Assembly: GCF_036321535.1 (NCBI RefSeq)
Contig: NC_087436.1
Coordinates: forward strand, 69,380,001 to 69,444,000
Direction: 5' to 3'
DNA length: 64,000 nt
From: Camelus dromedarius
Lineage: Eukaryota
This document shows positions 25,893 through 39,050 of this stretch, piece by piece. Within the stretch, counting starts at the first letter, position 1. Each line of letters starts with the position of its first letter. Both the position numbers and the translations under genes were made by a program. Below the pieces are notes generated by a model. The model did not search any database. It was not told where the DNA came from and was given only the letters and a program-made list of their open reading frames with translations.

Positions 25893-27515
25893 AATAAGTA
25901 ACTTCATCAAATATAAAATTAAGTGAAGGGCAGTCATGAGGGAACACATCTTTCAAACATGGTTCTAGTAAAAAAAAAAAATCTAGTTTACGTATAAGAA
26001 ACTATGAGTACTTTATGTAAACTTTGCTTGCCTTAAAAATTAAATGTTTCTATGAACTCATAATTAAGGTTCCTTTCAACTTTCAGAATCAAAGTCTCCA
26101 ATATCTTCTAGATTCAAATTTTTATATTATTATATGTGTGCTATTTCTTAGATCTAATATATCTGCTAGGAGGGAAAATTGGTTATTTGTGAGTGACTTG
26201 TCTCTGGACATTAGTATTACTCTTTCCTTCTCAATGGATTACAATTCATTAAAACTAAAACTTTGGGGATTAATATTAGAATTATTACTCTCAGTTATGT
26301 GTTTTCTGATTCTATATGTACTGCAAATTGATTTGGCAACGAAGTCAGTTTTCCAGTCTAACTTTTCAAATGTTTTATGTCACTTCTTGAACAGGCATCG
26401 TCAACAGCTTTGTTAATTTACTCTACAGACAGAAACTGACAAAGGAGGTCTCTTGGCCAAATTATAATATATAAATGAGAGAAATTTTAGGTTTTTTTGC
26501 TGGTGAATTTCCCTTACTACCCAATCCTACGTGCTTAGTAATATTTTTCATTTTTTTCAAATTTTTGTATTTTTTTTTTTCTGAAAACCAGAGACACACA
26601 CTTAGATACGGAAAAGCACTTGATGAATTAAATCATGGGGTAGCTCCTTGTGGACTTCTTTCCAGGCAGTTATCAAGCAGCCTTCACTGTACATTAAATT
26701 GAAATAATCAGTACATGCAAGTGTTTCATGTTACCTAGGGGAGAAAAGGACATGAAGATGGAGGTGAAAGACATCATTTCGTTTATGCATCTCATTCATC
26801 ACACACTTTCCTGATCATGGGTGGCCTAGGAATTTGGTCCCACAATAATCTCTCTTCTGCAAGATACACAAGAGAGTGTGAGTCTTGAAGCTTTGGAAGG
26901 GAAAGCTTGTTGATTCCTGGTGAGATCTGCATCATTAAGGAGGGCTCTTAAGACACTGGGGTTTCTCCACTTGCTTTTCCCTGTATACCTAAAGGAAATT
27001 CAGTTTCCCAAGGGTAATCTGTTCATTCTTTCATGGCTGGCTGATTGAGAGAAGTGTGAACAATGCAAACTCTTTATGCTGCAGGTTTATATTTAATATA
27101 GAAGATCATTATAATCTTCAGAAAACAATTTCTTATTCAATTATTTACATCAACTTTGGGACATTTCTTTATTCTCAGTGAGCAGCAAAGTGGGTTCTGA
27201 GCTGGGCACATGTCCCAGGTGAAGCCCTGTCATATGGGTCTTTCTGGGAGGTTGAGGCTCATCAGTTATTCAAGAAAATAAAACATGTTTAAAATGCCAT
27301 AGAATTAAAGTAAAAAATGTCACAAATATAAAAGAGACACAACCCTAATGCTGATGGAAGAATTAAGATGAAAAATGAAAAGATGGCCAATTAGAATATA
27401 ATATTTATCATAAACTTAAGTAATTATACAGAAATATTGGCCTAGAAATGTAATGTATCAGTTCTCTTGAATTTGTGATACATAGAAAGTGGAATGGGAA
27501 TGAATCTAATGGATC

Positions 27516-28029
27516 TGCCAACTAAAAACTGGCACTTGCCGTGTGCCTCTACAAGGGTTAGAACACGCTGGCACTTGCCATCTACCTCTTCTTGGATTAA
27601 ATCACAAGCTGCTGCAGCCGCTGACCTCCAGCACACCCTGAAAAGATTTCAGGGTGGAGGTCAGGAATAAGGCACTCTTTGCTCTGAGAAAAATAACAGA
27701 ACAGGTCTATCTACAGTTAGTTGGATGTTTTCAGGAGAAGATTTTGTCTGCCCAAATTCTTATGTCTCCTCATATCTAGAAAAGCACTAAAATCATTAAC
27801 AGTGACATCTGCTCCTCGTGACCAGCAGCAAGTCTCTGCCTAAATGTGTGCTTAACTGCACGTATCCCCTTCATTAACATCATGTATCATACTGATGTTC
27901 CCCCATGACTCTTCGGAGCAGTTCCTCAGGCCTATCTGAAATGCTGTCTCATGGGCTATAGTCCTTATTTTGCCCCCAATAAAACTTAACCCACAACTCT
28001 CACTTTGTGTGATTTTATTTCAGTTGACA
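27516..28029 (+). mobile_element. Solo ERV1-type LTR (514 bp)
   Basis: Inverted termini TGCCAACT...AGTTGACA, near-TSD gatc/aatc (4 bp), AATAAA at ~27978, and an internal direct repeat ctggcacttgcc (x2). Confidence 0.8.
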
Positions 28030-28287
28030 AATCTTTGACACTAGAATGGCTGTAGAGGTGAGAATATTTTATTACATATGTAGCCCTCTCACATGCATGG
28101 CTTTTTTGCTTTTTTGTTTTGTTTTGTTTTGTTATATGCCAGTTTCAATTTTGTAACTACTTGCATATATCAAAAGTCTTGACCTCCAGAGACCTGAAGC
28201 TTTATTGCTATATCTTCTAAGAAAAAGTGTGTATAGGGGCCAATATTCACAAAGTCATGAATTTTCTTTTCATGTTTTCTTTTTCAG

Positions 28288-28436
28288 GAAAACCCACTAC
28301 GTAGTGTGAATTGTTGGGGAAAGCTGGAATGTGTTTGATAAGAAGCTATTGGGATTTTGAATTTCCTCACCCACTCTTACCAAATTTTGAATTTTTTGGA
28401 GGACTCTGCTACAAACCTACAAATTTCTTGCCTAAG
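28288..28436 (+). pseudogene. Orphan UGT2B-like exon 2 remnant (149 bp) with an in-frame stop
   Basis: Reads (G)[48 protein letters not shown]. Acceptor ttttcttttcAG at 28286-28287, donor GTAAAA at 28437, TAG at 28302-28304. No partner exons were recognised on the + strand. Confidence 0.9.
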
Positions 28437-29170
28437 GTAAAACTTTGGTCTCTTGGAAAGAGTTTTCTATCTCCAATTCAGATGTTGTCTTTTTATGATA
28501 TAAGGCAATACGTGAAGTTTCTTCACACCATTTCCTCATATGTTATGTGTTTCATGTTTCATTATTACCAAAGATTCTTGGCTACATAACAGATGTAAAA
28601 GTAATGAGAGAAATTTAAGATCATGTGGATATAGTCACTATAAAACAGTCTTTCACTGTCCAACACAAAATAAGGGACAATTTTCTCAACAAATATGTAT
28701 CTTGTGCCTAATAGATTCCAGATTCTACACTCTGTACTGAAGAAGGATAGGTGAATAAGATAGACACAGTTGAAATCTTTATAGACTAGTCAGCCAGAAA
28801 AACTATAAATATTAATCAAATGCATGTAATTATACACAATAAAGTACTAATAATAAAAGTGAGATTGAAGTGATATGGGAGCTTTTGTATTCTCTTCAAG
28901 TAATTTGCAATGAGGTATTTAAAATAATCAAATTCTGATCATATTATATTAAAAGTGGAAATATATGAGCATATTCAAAGGCTCAGGAATCTGGTGATTT
29001 ACTATATAGTACTATGATACCTAGGAAATATACAAAGACCACAAACATGCCCATAGTACCTTTCCTATAAAATATAGATGTGTAAGAAAAAAGAAGCAAC
29101 ATGGGGGAGAGTGGGGAGGAGGTTTAGTCACCTATCTCATTAGATTGCGTGAGAATAAAATGGTTTAGTA

Positions 29171-29811
29171 CAGCCATTTCTCATTATATACAGATTCTGT
29201 ATTTTCAAATTTGCCAACTCACTAAAATTTATTTCTAACCCCAAAATCAGTGCTTGCGGTGCTTTCATGGTCATTCATGGACACACACAGAGAACAATAA
29301 AAACATACTCACAACAGGCACATTCCCAGGTGAGTCTTGAACAAGGCAACACTCTGCCTTGTTGTAGCAGCTCTCAGACTGTAAACAAGTGTCCCTTTCC
29401 AGTCTCATTAATGCTACTCTTTTGTGTGTTTTGTGCCTTTTTGTTGCCGATTTCACTGTTTAGAATGGCCCCCAGGAGGGTGCTGACGTGCTTTCTATTT
29501 TTCTTAAGAAGAAGTAAGGAGGCTGGGATGTGCCTTAGGAAGAAAATATGTTCTCTAGATAAATTTCATTCAGTTCCATGAGTTATAGCACAGTTGGCTA
29601 TGAGTTCAGTGTTAATGAATCAGCAATATAGATCAAATAAGGTGTTTTAAAACAGAAACACACATAAAACAAAGTCATATGTTTATCAGTTGATGAAAAT
29701 ACTGGGACAAGAGGCTTGAGGGAACCTAGGAGCACTGACTCAGTGCTCACTAATGCTGTGATCACAGCAACTTTATAGAACCTATCTACTGAGAATAAAA
29801 AGAATAGACCA
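29171..29811 (+). mobile_element. MER82-like TcMar-Tigger non-autonomous DNA transposon
   Basis: Starts TA|cagccatttctcattatatacagattctgtattttcaaatttgccaactcactaaaatttatttctaaccccaaaatc, is ~640 bp long, and has a degenerate inverted end near 29810. Confidence 0.7.
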
Positions 29812-31704
29812 GATAGATAAAGCCCCTACATAGTGCCAAGAGTATAGCACTGGAGAAAAATTAGCTATGGGATTTCAACTTTTATTAGTGCCCCTTTTGA
29901 CAAGAGAAATTTGTCTCAGAAACCAAAGTAAGAAGAAGAATAAGAAAGAAATGTTAAAATTCTATTTGAAGCTTTAAGCAGTTTCACAAATATCAAGACT
30001 GGAGGGATTCCTTCTGATACACACACACACACACACATATATATATCTGATTATATACTGGCAAACTCATGATATTTTTTTCCAAAAACTTTGAGAATGC
30101 ACTCCAGCATTTGGTCTGGTCCTACCTGAGATCAAAGAACTTCACCACACAACAGAGATCAGGATTATTGTACCCTGATAGTATTATTTATGAAAATAAG
30201 CCTCTCTCAGAAATTAGTTGTAGTGGTGCATTATAAATCATTCAGTAATGCATATATTAGATAAGAGAAATTCTATTCCAATCATTTAAATTGCCTGAAA
30301 ACACATATAGTAAGATATTAGGGAGGTAACACTTGGTTTAGTATCAACTTACACAACAGGCTTTAATGTTAAAAATGTAAAGGAATATTTTCTATACTTT
30401 TATATTATGGACCCCAATTAGTTCATAGATTGATTGATCATATGTTTTACCCACTAACTCATTTACTTCTTTACCTATTTATTTTGGGTGGAAAATTTAC
30501 CCTATATAAATAGTTTACAGGTAAAATTTGTCATATTCATTATAAATCATAGCTTTAGATCCCTTAAAATATCTGAGTAAGGATTAGAAATAGTATCAAA
30601 TTTATATTCAAGATTTAAGCATTTGATTTTAAAATAATATTGATGTACAGCAATTTCAGTAGGACTTTGAAAATAGGAAGAAAACAGACTACAGGGGTTT
30701 TAAGAAGCTATTTTCTTAATATGAGATGATATCAATATAACATGCTCTATCGCATCAGAGCACGTGCTAGAAGGAAAAAGGATATAAGACCTTGACGAAA
30801 AAAACTGTTTTCATAAATCCTTCTCTCAGTTAATTAACGTAGTATCACCAGAAAAGAAAGTTAATATATCAGTCTCACCAGAGGCTTAATTTAGGGAGCC
30901 TATCTTTAGTGAGAATTTGAAACACCAGGAAGATATTGTGGTTAGCAAATTGGGAGTTCTTATTAATGTACATAGAGATGATTTAACAAGAGCAGTTTCC
31001 TTCTTTTACAAAAGCAATTATATGACACCTCATGGTCAGGTTATATTTTCATGTATAGCTTTCATATTCAGGAAAACCTACGTACCTAAAGAGACTTCCT
31101 GAAAACCGCCAAGAAGAAACGTGGATAAATTCACTAGTAAATATATTGGACATAGAGTGATATACAAAGTCAAGAAGCCTACTTACAGTGTCTTTCCACT
31201 TTATTCAAGGAATTCTGTTAGGAGGTCAGATCCTTTTAAATTCTTGAGTTATGTGTTAATTCCTCAAAGGAACACTAACCTAAAGCAAACAACAAGGGAA
31301 AAAAAATATAGGTTAAGCAAGGCTACAGTCATTTGATTTATTACAGGAAGGGGGAACAGCACTTTGAGCTTGATTGCTGCTTCAGAAGAGGGAAAGTAAT
31401 TCTAAGATGCTGGGGTGTGGCTGGTGATATGAGGAGACTTTGTAAAGGAAGGAACTGGTTGGGACTGGGCAGAGTTCATGACATAACTTCCGATTGCTGG
31501 ATAACGTGAGGTAAGGTATGACTCTTACCTTAGAGAGAAAGCTTTGTGTTTTAATAAGCATACTACTTTACTTGGTCACAACTTGTCATCCTGGGACATT
31601 TTTTTTTTACTGGGTCTCAGTATTACCTAACACAGGACTAGGAAAAAAATTTCTGGTCCTGGAATTGTTTGACATGTGGATTAGAAGAGAGATTTTTTTT
31701 CCAT

Positions 31705-31965
31705 TTTTTAAATTGAAGTATAGTCAGTTTACAATGTTGTGTCAATTTCTGGTGTACAGCATAATGTTTCAGTCATACATACACATACATATATTCCTTT
31801 TCATTATATGTTACTGTAAGATATTGAATATAGTTCCCTGTGCTATAAAGTATAAACTTATTGCTTATCTATTTTATATACAGTAGTTAGAATCTGCAAA
31901 CCTTAAACTCCCGATTTATCCCTTCCAACTCCCTTTTCCCCTCGGTAATGAAAATTTGTTTTCCT
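31705..31965 (-). mobile_element. Short L1 3'UTR fragment
   Basis: ttttttaaattgaagtatagtcagtttacaatgttgtg...atattgaatatagttccctgtgctata is the antisense of the L1 3' end seen elsewhere in this window. Confidence 0.8.
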
Positions 31966-32564
31966 TGAGAATAAAGATGTTTTTATCACTCATTTAAGAA
32001 AACTGAAACTGTGTTGCTGCAATGTGACAGGTTCTTCCCAAAGACTTTCTCTTTACTGCCATCTCTTGTTGACAACTGATAAATAAATCACCAGCCTTGC
32101 TAGTGATGCCTCATCTATAAATGTTCAGTAGCTCTAGACTGGGCTTCTTACCTCCAGGCTTTCCTATAGCAGACTATCTTCCTCACTTCTGCCACTTGCT
32201 TTTTTCCTAAGATGATTTAGGAAAACACCATTACTTTTCTCAGGCGTATTATCCATTTTATTGAATTGGGTCCCTTTTTATGGTATTATTTCTTATTTAA
32301 AATATCTAGGAATAAATATATTACTATGTTTATTAAAATTTTCAATAGTTGTAAAATCTAAAGGCTCATAATTCTTAGCACCTGCTGAGTTTTTAATGGC
32401 AATATTTAATAAATTTTATTGTGACTTGGTGAACTCTGCTTGATTCAACATATTATATCTGTAGTGATTTTGTGACAGGATTACAAATGCTTGGACAATC
32501 CTCTCATCATATCTCCTCCCCTTGAACTTTGGAAAAGCTTGCAGCTATCTCAATAAAAAGAATG

Positions 32565-33170
32565 TATATATCCAGAAGAAAATCTAATTTGAAAAGACAC
32601 ATGCACCCCAATATTCATAGCAGCACTATTTACCATAGCCAAAATATGGAAGCAACATATATATTCATTGGCAGATGACTGGATAAAGAAGTTGTGGTAT
32701 ATGTATACAATGGAATACTACTCAGCCATAAAAAGAATAAAATAATGCCATTTTCAGCAACATGGTTGGACCTGGAGATTGTCATACTAAGTGAAGTAAA
32801 CCAGAAAGAGAAAGAAAAATACTGTCACTTATATATGGAATCTGGAAAAAAAAAAAAAGGCGCAAATGAACTTATTTACAGAACAGAGTCACAGACATAG
32901 AAAACAAATCTATGGTTACCAGGGGGATAACGGGTAGGGAGGGATAAATTGGGAGTTTGGGATTTGCAGATACTAACTACTGTATATAAAATAGATGAAC
33001 AGCAAGTTTAAACTGTATAGCACAGGGACCTATATTCAACACCTCATAATGGCCTATAATGAAAAAGAATATGAAAAGGATTATATATGTGTATGTATAA
33101 ATAAAGCACTCTGCTGTACACCAGAAACTAACATAACATTGTGAATCAACTATACTTCGATTAAAAAAAA
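32565..33170 (+). mobile_element. 5'-truncated L1 3' end with a 10-bp TSD, inserted in an MLT1-like LTR
   Basis: TSD AAAAAGAATG at 32555-32564 and 33171-33180, poly(A) tail, and ORF2 C-terminus motifs. Confidence 0.88.
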
Positions 33171-33699
33171 AAAAAGAATGCAGTGGAAGTGATGCATCTT
33201 AGCGTCCAAGCTTAGTTGGAAAAGGCGGTAATTCTGTGTCTCTCTCGCTGATTCTTTCTTCCTCACTCTTTTTCCCTTCCTCTCTCTCTGCTTCTATCCG
33301 CTCGCCTGGGGCACACCTGGAGTGCCTGAGACCAAGAGACTGTGTGATGGAGGGATTACATCAATATGTCTAAGAAGTCTCCAGCAGTTAGAGTTGTTTT
33401 TTTTTTTTTAAATTAAAGTAGAGTTGATTCACAAGTTTGAGTCTTCTCACATTAATCTGAAGGGTTTTCCCTCACTTGCCCCCTACACACAAAGAAAGCT
33501 ATGTAAGGTGGTAGATTTTTAATTATATTGATTGTGCTTAATACTTCACAATGTATACACATACCCATCATCACATTTTATACTTTAAATCTACACAGTT
33601 TTATTTGTTAATTATACCTCGACAAAGCTAGGGGCAAAATTTTTGTCTATGTCAGTACCCTTACAATTGCTATTTTTCTCTTCTTTAAAAAATTTTTTT

Positions 33700-34075
33700 T
33701 GAATTTATTTTTTTTAATTTTTATTTTTTATTGAAGTCTAGTTGATGTACAATGTTGTATTAATTTCTTTTGTATGGCAAAGTGATTCAGTTACATATAT
33801 GCATATATAGATTCTTTTTCAGATTCATTTCCATTATAGTTTATTGTAAGATATTGAATATAGCTCTCCATGCTATATAGTAGGTCTTTGTTGCTTATCT
33901 ATTTTATATATGATAATATGTAACTCTTAATCCCAAGCTCCTTATCTATTCCTCCCTCTGCTTTTCTCCACTGGTAACCAGTTTGTCTTCTATGACCATG
34001 AGTCTATTTCTGGTTTGTAAATAAAATTTGATTTTTTAAAAATATTCCACATATAAGTTATATCATATGATAGGT
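33700..34075 (-). mobile_element. L1 3'UTR fragment
   Basis: Poly-T followed by attgaagtctagttgatgtacaatgttg...ttccacatataag. Confidence 0.75.
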
Positions 34076-35154
34076 TTTCTCTTTTGGTCTCTATCTCATT
34101 CTTCTAATGTCATCTTAAACTTCACCTTCTTAAAACATACTACCTAATATGGTGTTCTAAGTTTCATTGTTATTATTATTTGGCCAATTGTCCTGTATTT
34201 GTTTACATACAAACTGCATTTAATGTAATTATGTTGGGTATAGTGCATAACACCTAATAGCAGCAAGACCTTTTGAGGAACTGTATGACTAGATTATATC
34301 ATGCAAGCATCTACACATTGTTAAAATGTAGAATAAAATACATACACACAAAAAACAACAAAAAAATAAAAAAGCAAAATTCCCCCAAAAAGGGAAGAGA
34401 CAGAAGAGTACCTTTGCTACATTTCAATAAAGGGGAACTACCAACAAAAAATGTACTTACTGAAATTACTGAACCCAGGTGACTCAGCGCTTAGTCTAAC
34501 AGCCAATGACAATACGCAGACTGCTGCATTATTAAGGCGGTCGTTGATGTTGTGCACACCAACTCAAAGTACCAGGGTGTTAAACAGTAGCACCCAGAAC
34601 AGGAAATGCAAACTTTTTCAACAGGGAAGGTTTAAGTCAGTTGTGAGTTTTTTACTGTCAAGAATCGAGAGAAATACTTAATACTCCTTGTTGTTTCTCT
34701 AATATTGAGTAAATTACATGGCAAAACCTGCCTCTGTAAGTGCCTTGATCTAATTACTTGTAATTTTTGCGGTAGTCCAGCCCTTTTATAGCTTTATCTT
34801 CTGTGCTCTTTAAACTAGCCTTGCAAATTGGCCCCGAAAACAACCAGTCCCCCTTTTTCCTGTATGATATCATTCTTCCCCATTCTTCAAGATTTAGTTA
34901 AGGAAATCTGCATTCCTTAATGAGTGCTTAGCCTAAGTTTTTATCCACCACTGGGAAAGAAACTACTTGCTTGCAAGTCTGCTTTAAACTGTTGTTGCCC
35001 CCACAAAGAGTGAGGAAACTATCTCTGCAGTTGTGACTCGAATGTGCACTTTTTTACTTAGAGCAGGCCACACTGAGAATAGCGGTAAGATAATAAAACA
35101 TTTCTAGTGTTTTAGAGACCCACAATTACCTATGATTTATGTAGTAAATTCTAT

Positions 35155-35600
35155 ATAAAAAAATGAAATCTTGCCATTTGCAACAACAGAGATGGACCTA
35201 GAGGATATTATGCTCAGTGAAATGTCAGAGAAAGGCAACTACTGTTTAATTCTCTTGTATGTAAAATCTAAAAATAAAGCAAACACAAGAAAACAGAAAT
35301 AGACTCACAGATACAGAAAACAAACAGGTGGTTTCCAGAGGTGATAAGTCTGGGGGAATCAGTGAAATGGATGAGGGAGGCTAAGAGGTACAAACTTCAG
35401 TTATAAAATAAATAAATCAAAGGGATGTAGTTACAGCATAGGGAATATAGTCAATAATATTGTAATATTTTTGAATGGTGACAGATTGTAACTAGATTTA
35501 TATTGATCATTTAGTAATGCATAAAAATATTGAATCATTGTGTTGTATACCTGAAACAAGTATAACTTTGTAATTCACTTATACTTTAGTACAAAATACA
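35155..35600 (+). mobile_element. L1 3' end fragment
   Basis: gaaatcttgccatttgcaacaacagagatggacctagagg...gaatcattgtgttgtatacctgaaac. Confidence 0.8.
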
Positions 35601-37832
35601 ATAAAACTTCAACTTGTCCATGGGAACATACTAAAAAGCCAAAAGGAAAAAAGAATTTTTAAAAATCAGAGAAATAGAAATATACAAAATGATCATAAAA
35701 GTAAAATATGTCAGTTTCACTAGCATTTATCACTGGGTAAAAGTTCCCAAGTAAAAGATGTAAAACTTACATTGATTATAAAAATTCAGTTATGCACTGG
35801 TTAAGAGAGGTACACCTAAATATTAGTACAGTGTGTAACTTTCAGATAATAAAAGAGAAAAACAAAAAAGCACAGCAAAACACTAAGCATCCAGTTCTAA
35901 AAACAAAAGAAAGTTGGGGAAATATAATCTAAAATTCAGAAAACTCATGAAAAGATATTGAGAATGAAATATAATAGTTTCCAAATGAATAAAAGTAGAT
36001 GAAAATTTCGTGTTTAGAAAATATTCATAAACAGTAGATTTTAAAATATCTAGTTATATTCAGGATTAAAAAAATAACATCAAAAATATTAAAGCATACA
36101 CATTTAAAGTAAATGTATGAAAATATATCACATATATACTTGACAAAAGAATACAGGTATTGTTATATTGATATTAGAAAATAATTTATTCCAACTAAAA
36201 AGCATTATCAAAATTAAAAGTTACTGAGAAAAAAAATTTAAAATTTCAGTTCACTGGGAAGCTATAATAATTGTTATGTGAATGCAGCTAATAGCACCAC
36301 TTTAAACTATAAAGCAAGTAGAAGTACAAAAAAGGTGTAAAATTAAGTGAAGATTCAAGGTGGATAGTTTGATTACATCTACTGTGTTGTGGTAAAGAAA
36401 AAGTATTATTGAAATATGTTTTAGATTTACAATACAGCTATACACACAAATTTGGATAAATTATTGTGATATATTGATGTAATGGGATATCACAATGTTG
36501 AGGACGAATAAACTACAGTCATATGCAAAAAATGTAAATAATTCAGAGAATATATTAGGTAAACTAAGCTTGTGATATTTTGTGATCAAATTGCTTTATT
36601 GCCACAGTTGCAAAACCACACAGATTTTGCCTCAGCTGGAGATACTGAAAGGAGATCAAGGGTCACATCTCTGCTATTTGAGAACTCCAAATGAGTAAGT
36701 CTGAAGTAAGATATAAAGACTTCCATTTTATAGTCTCTGATGTAGTGGTATCTGTCCTTTTGTGGACCATGCAAGTATTTCATTTGTTTTTCCAAAAGCT
36801 GATGCCTAGGACCAGCCTCTATATCCAAGGAAACAAACAGGACAGATGGCAGTTAGGAAGCTAAACAAAGTGTTAGTGGAAGAGTTTTGAAAGGGTAGTG
36901 TTAATTTCTAACAAACGTTCCCAGGAATTATCACTGAATTAGATATGGGATTACATTGACGTTTTAGGGAAATGATGGGAGAGAAATAAGATTATATGAA
37001 AAGGACTTACTTTCTTCACTTTGATAGGTGTTTGGTCCTTATCTGTGATGCTGGAAATCATAAATAATTTTTCTGTTTTGTGGGGCCCTTAATCATTTAC
37101 TACGAGTGGTGACTGCAGTTGGAACAAGTCTTTCCCACCGCTACGTGAGGATGGCTGAATATGGAGAAAGAGAAGTGGGGCCACAGATGGAGACAGAGGA
37201 ATATGGAGTGGTTCACAAAGCCTGGACACCCTCCCAGTAAAACAGGAGTGGAGGTCTCTCCCTATAGTAGGTAAGGGACACAGAGTTTATCAAGAGCACT
37301 GGAAGGTTTTTGAAGTGTTGTTAGGTGTAATTTGATGGCAGATAAGATGAATAGAGTATTTCTTAGTATATGGAAGAACGTAAGTAGTGATTAGCTTGAG
37401 TGTTAAACATTTGAGTGCATGTAGAACTTGAAATAAATGTGAAAAAACTTATATTCTGTCTTATCTTTGCATGGGATCAAATTGTTTACTTCCCAACCTG
37501 AATACTACAAACTTGCCTACAAGCAAAACTTCCCTTCTTCCTCCTCACCTTTTACATCTATTGAATTACTACCATGAGATTCACTCTTGTCAAGGTCAGT
37601 TTTTTCCTGAGGTCCTCACCTTCTGGGCTCATGTGCTTATGGTAAATCTTCCCCCAAACACGACTCAGCAGTATGACATTAAAAATTATTCAATCTATTT
37701 GTGCCTCAATTTCCTTATATATAAAATGTACTGAAAGTAATACCCTCTTCCTATAAGGAAAGAAGGAATAGGGTTAATACATTTAGAGCACTTAGAATAA
37801 TGCCAAGCATGTGACACTAAACAATGTTATAT

Positions 37833-37866
37833 TAGATAGATGGATGGATGGATGGATGGATGGATG

Positions 37867-37904
<38 letters not shown>
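37833..37904 (+). repeat. Compound microsatellite (GATG)n(GATA)n
   Basis: Read directly from the sequence. Confidence 0.97.
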
Positions 37905-38264
37905 GATATTGATACAGTATCTTTGTTTCATGTTCTCTTTTTTCCCATTTATAACTAAATTTTATAAAATTTGTCTATACATTTTCTCTCATTTCCTTAC
38001 CTTCTATCTATCTTATATTTTCTTTTTCTATTATTTCATGGAAATAGCTCATACCAGGATGAGCAGCAAAATTCCTAAATCATATTAAAGAATATAACTT
38101 CAGTCATTTTACTTACATGGCCTAGAAGTCAACTCTACTTTATTTCAGTTACTGAAATTCTTATTGTGCTTTCTGATTCACCAACTCTTGAGGTTTTCTC
38201 CTGTCTTCTATTCACTCCCAGTCTCTTTTTCTAAAATGGCAGCCTATGTCTGTCAATAAATATG

Positions 38265-39050
38265 TGTTCTTTATTTATTCAATAAATCAGTTAATATTTA
38301 TTGTCTACCTGCTATATACCCAGATGACCACTAGGTACTGGAGAATCTGGTAACAAACAAGATAAGGGGCTTTGCCTTCCATTATCTATATTTTATTAAT
38401 CAATACAAATCTAAGGAAAAAATAAGATAAAAAGAATTGTTTTGGAAGGGAATTATATAGGGTGGGAAAGGACTACTTTCAGTAAAACTAAATTTAAGCT
38501 GAACTCTAAAGGATTACACAAGAGCTAGGAAAGGTATTTCTGGAAAAGGGGACAAAATATGAAAAAAACCTCAGTGTGAGCTTTTCTCTGGCTGGTGGGA
38601 AAGGAAGTGTCTGTAGTCAGGAGCATGACGTGCTAGAGGAATAGCGGTGGGGCAGGCAGGCAAGGTAGACCAGAGTTTTCTCATTCAGGAGGGCGCTTGA
38701 GGGACATGGTATTGAGGCTGACTTTGTGACTTATAATATGGAACTGACCAGTGACAAATTTGATTTAAAGTTTAAAAGATCACTCTGGTTGCTGGCTGAA
38801 GAATGGATGGTGAAAAAGAGAAGAAATGTGGAAAAAAGAAGTATAGTTAGGAGACCCTGCAGAGGTCCACTTGAGAGTTAATGGTGGATTCAAAGAATGC
38901 CTTTGAAGAGGAACCAAAAGGACTCAAGGCTGGCTGGCACGCAGGTGCAAGTGGGAAGGAACGAATGCAAACAAGGACTAGTGTAAAGTTTTGGTGGCAG
39001 CCACTGAGGTGAAGGTGTCGCCTTTTGATATGAGAACCTCAAGGCCTGGA
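38265..39050 (-). mobile_element. Ancient LINE-2 fragment
   Basis: ttattcaataaat...ttgtctacctgctatatacccag...aggtactggagaat and tttaaaagatcactctggttgct resemble L2 motifs. Highly degenerate. Confidence 0.6.

Noticed and set aside
36586..36828. 80-aa minus-strand ORF ending near an AATAAA (possible retrocopy)
   Set aside because: I see no recognisable homology, poly(A) tail or TSD. A BLAST search would be needed to support it.
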